Source: a phage | DNA length: 702 nt | Sequence record: AY744075.1 | Direction: 5' to 3' (one strand) | Part shown: positions 1 to 702 of the stretch, in pieces | How positions within the stretch are numbered: position 1 is the first letter of the stretch | How the letters are laid out: each line of letters begins with the position of its first letter | Program-made: the position numbers and the translations under genes | Notes under the pieces: model-generated | The model's database searches: none | What the model was told of the DNA's origin: nothing | What the model saw: only the letters and a program-made list of their open reading frames with translations

Positions 1-16
1 AATTNNNAANTATGCN
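1..16. other. Low-quality read end (multiple N calls, unreliable base calls)
   Basis: Five N calls fall in the first 16 bases (5-7, 10, 16). Minus-strand codons here read 'gan gca tan ttn nna att', which no longer align cleanly with the expected continuation of gp23 (K-E-A-V-E-I), suggesting miscalls or indels typical of the first bases of a Sanger read. Confidence 0.6.
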
Positions 17-702
17 TCTTTGTCAATCTGGAACAACAGAGCTTTAAAGGATTCACCCGNCCAGCGAGCACCACGAATATCANTCGGATCCTGGAAGTCA
101 AATACACCAGCTTTAGAACCCGGAGTCAGAGTCATACCAGATTTACCAACCTGAGCTGAGTAGTTAATCCAATCAACAACTTCACGGTTGATTTCCAGCA
201 TGATTTCGGTAGCCAGANNNNNNNNNAGTTCAGCATCAGCATCCATACCGTGAACAGCGCGGAGGTCTTGTGCTAATTCGATAGAGTAAGCAGCTTTCAG
301 CTGACGAGATTNAGCTTCGATAACTTGTTTATCGATACGGAAGCCCATTTCATTCCATGGGTTATCGGTTGAACCGTTGAAACCTTCCTGGAGTTCAGCG
401 ATAGAAGTAGCCATACCTTCAGCAATTTCTACCAGTACGCCAGCNTCCATTTGTTTCTTAACTTCGGCATCTAATTTAGTTGCATCAGTCGCGCCAGAAT
501 CAAGTGTTACGATAGCAGAAGCTTGCAGATATACAGTACCAGTTTCCTGGAAGAAGTGAGAATAGATGTCACCTACAACTGTAGTAGTATTAGCAGCCAG
601 AGCTGGGAATTTCTTAGCAGCACCCTGACCAGAGAACATTGCATCTGGACCATACATTGGGTGGAATGCTTCTTTAGCACCGGCAGCNATTGGGTCTTTA
701 CC
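1..702 (-). CDS. 23: Major capsid protein, T4 gp23 family; internal fragment, partial at both ends (no start or stop codon in window)
   Basis: The reverse complement read in the frame starting at position 702 (codon k = positions 703-3k..705-3k) gives 234 codons with no unambiguous stop. Translation: GKDP(I/M)AAGAKEAFHPMYGPDAMFSGQGAAKKFPALAANTTTVVGDIYSHFFQETGTVYLQASAIVTLDSGATDATKLDAEVKKQM(E/D)AGVLVEIAEGMATSIAELQEGFNGSTDNPWNEMGFRIDKQVIEAxSRQLKAAYSIELAQDLRAVHGMDADAELxxxLATEIMLEINREVVDWINYSAQVGKSGMTLTPGSKAGVFDFQDPxDIRGARWxGESFKALLFQIDK(E/D)A... This matches my recollection of T4 gp23 (YGKDPVAAGAKEAFHPMYGPDAMFSGQGAAKKFPALAAS...DNPWNEMGFRIDKQVIEAKSRQLKAAYSIELAQDLRAVHGMDADAELSGILATEIMLEINREVVDWINYSAQVGKSGMTLTPGSKAGVFDFQDPIDIRGARWAGESFKALLFQIDKEA) almost residue for residue. 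The supplied ORF track missed it only because the frame is never closed by a start/stop pair inside the window. The last four codons at the window start (positions 1-12) are unreliable because of N calls. Confidence 0.93.
218..226. other. Run of 9 ambiguous bases (N); sequencing or assembly artifact, not a biological feature
   Basis: Nine consecutive N at 218-226. The capsid reading frame is preserved across the run, and the flanking codons (E-L-x-x-x-L-A-T) correspond to T4 gp23 'ELSGILAT', so the run has the true length of the masked sequence (ctn nnn nnn nnt, consistent with L-S-G-I). Confidence 0.85.

Noticed and set aside
1-4. Leading 'aatt' as a possible EcoRI cohesive-end or cloning-junction remnant
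   Set aside because: Four bases in a low-quality read start are not enough to support this; it is equally consistent with ordinary coding sequence.
218-226. The 9-N run as a possible scaffold gap or junction between two separate sequences or genes
   Set aside because: The reading frame and the homology to gp23 continue seamlessly across it, and the run is exactly three codons long, so it is masked sequence within one gene.
310-312. Possible premature stop (naa could be taa), which would make the gene a pseudogene
   Set aside because: The ambiguous base is at a conserved lysine position in T4 gp23, so aaa is far more likely. An N call is not evidence of a stop.
377-559. The only ORF in the supplied track: 60 aa, + strand, TTG start (MKPSWSSAIEVAIPSAISTSTPXSICFLTSASNLVASVAPESSVTIAEACRYTVPVSWKK)
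   Set aside because: It lies wholly antisense to a strongly supported, highly conserved capsid CDS. It uses a non-ATG start, has no recognisable domain, and has a Ser/Ala/Thr-rich composition that is the expected mirror image of the Ala/Gly/Thr-rich sense strand. Open antisense frames are common opposite biased coding sequence.
1-702. Search for T4 late promoter (TATAAATA), terminator hairpins, RNA genes, repeats, CRISPR or mobile-element features, and for any novel defence or anti-defence system
   Set aside because: No late-promoter motif or convincing stem-loop terminator is present on either strand, and the window is fully occupied by the interior of one structural gene. There is nothing to support a novel system.

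Overview
The whole 702-nt window is an internal fragment of one gene on the minus strand: a T4-type (Tevenvirinae) major capsid protein gene, gene 23 / gp23. The minus-strand frame that starts at position 702 runs through all 234 codons with no unambiguous stop, and its translation matches T4 gp23 as I recall it (roughly residues 130-360) at about 90-95% identity. That identity figure is from memory, not from a computed alignment. The window contains no gene boundary, promoter, terminator, RNA gene, CRISPR array or mobile element. The N characters (positions 5-7, 10, 16, 60, 83, 218-226, 312, 445, 688) look like sequencing ambiguity, not biology. The single ORF in the supplied track (377..559, +) is a spurious antisense ORF inside the capsid gene. 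I see no evidence of a novel or undescribed system here; this is a well-known phage structural gene, probably from a T4 relative (RB-type or similar) and possibly from a single low-quality read or amplicon.
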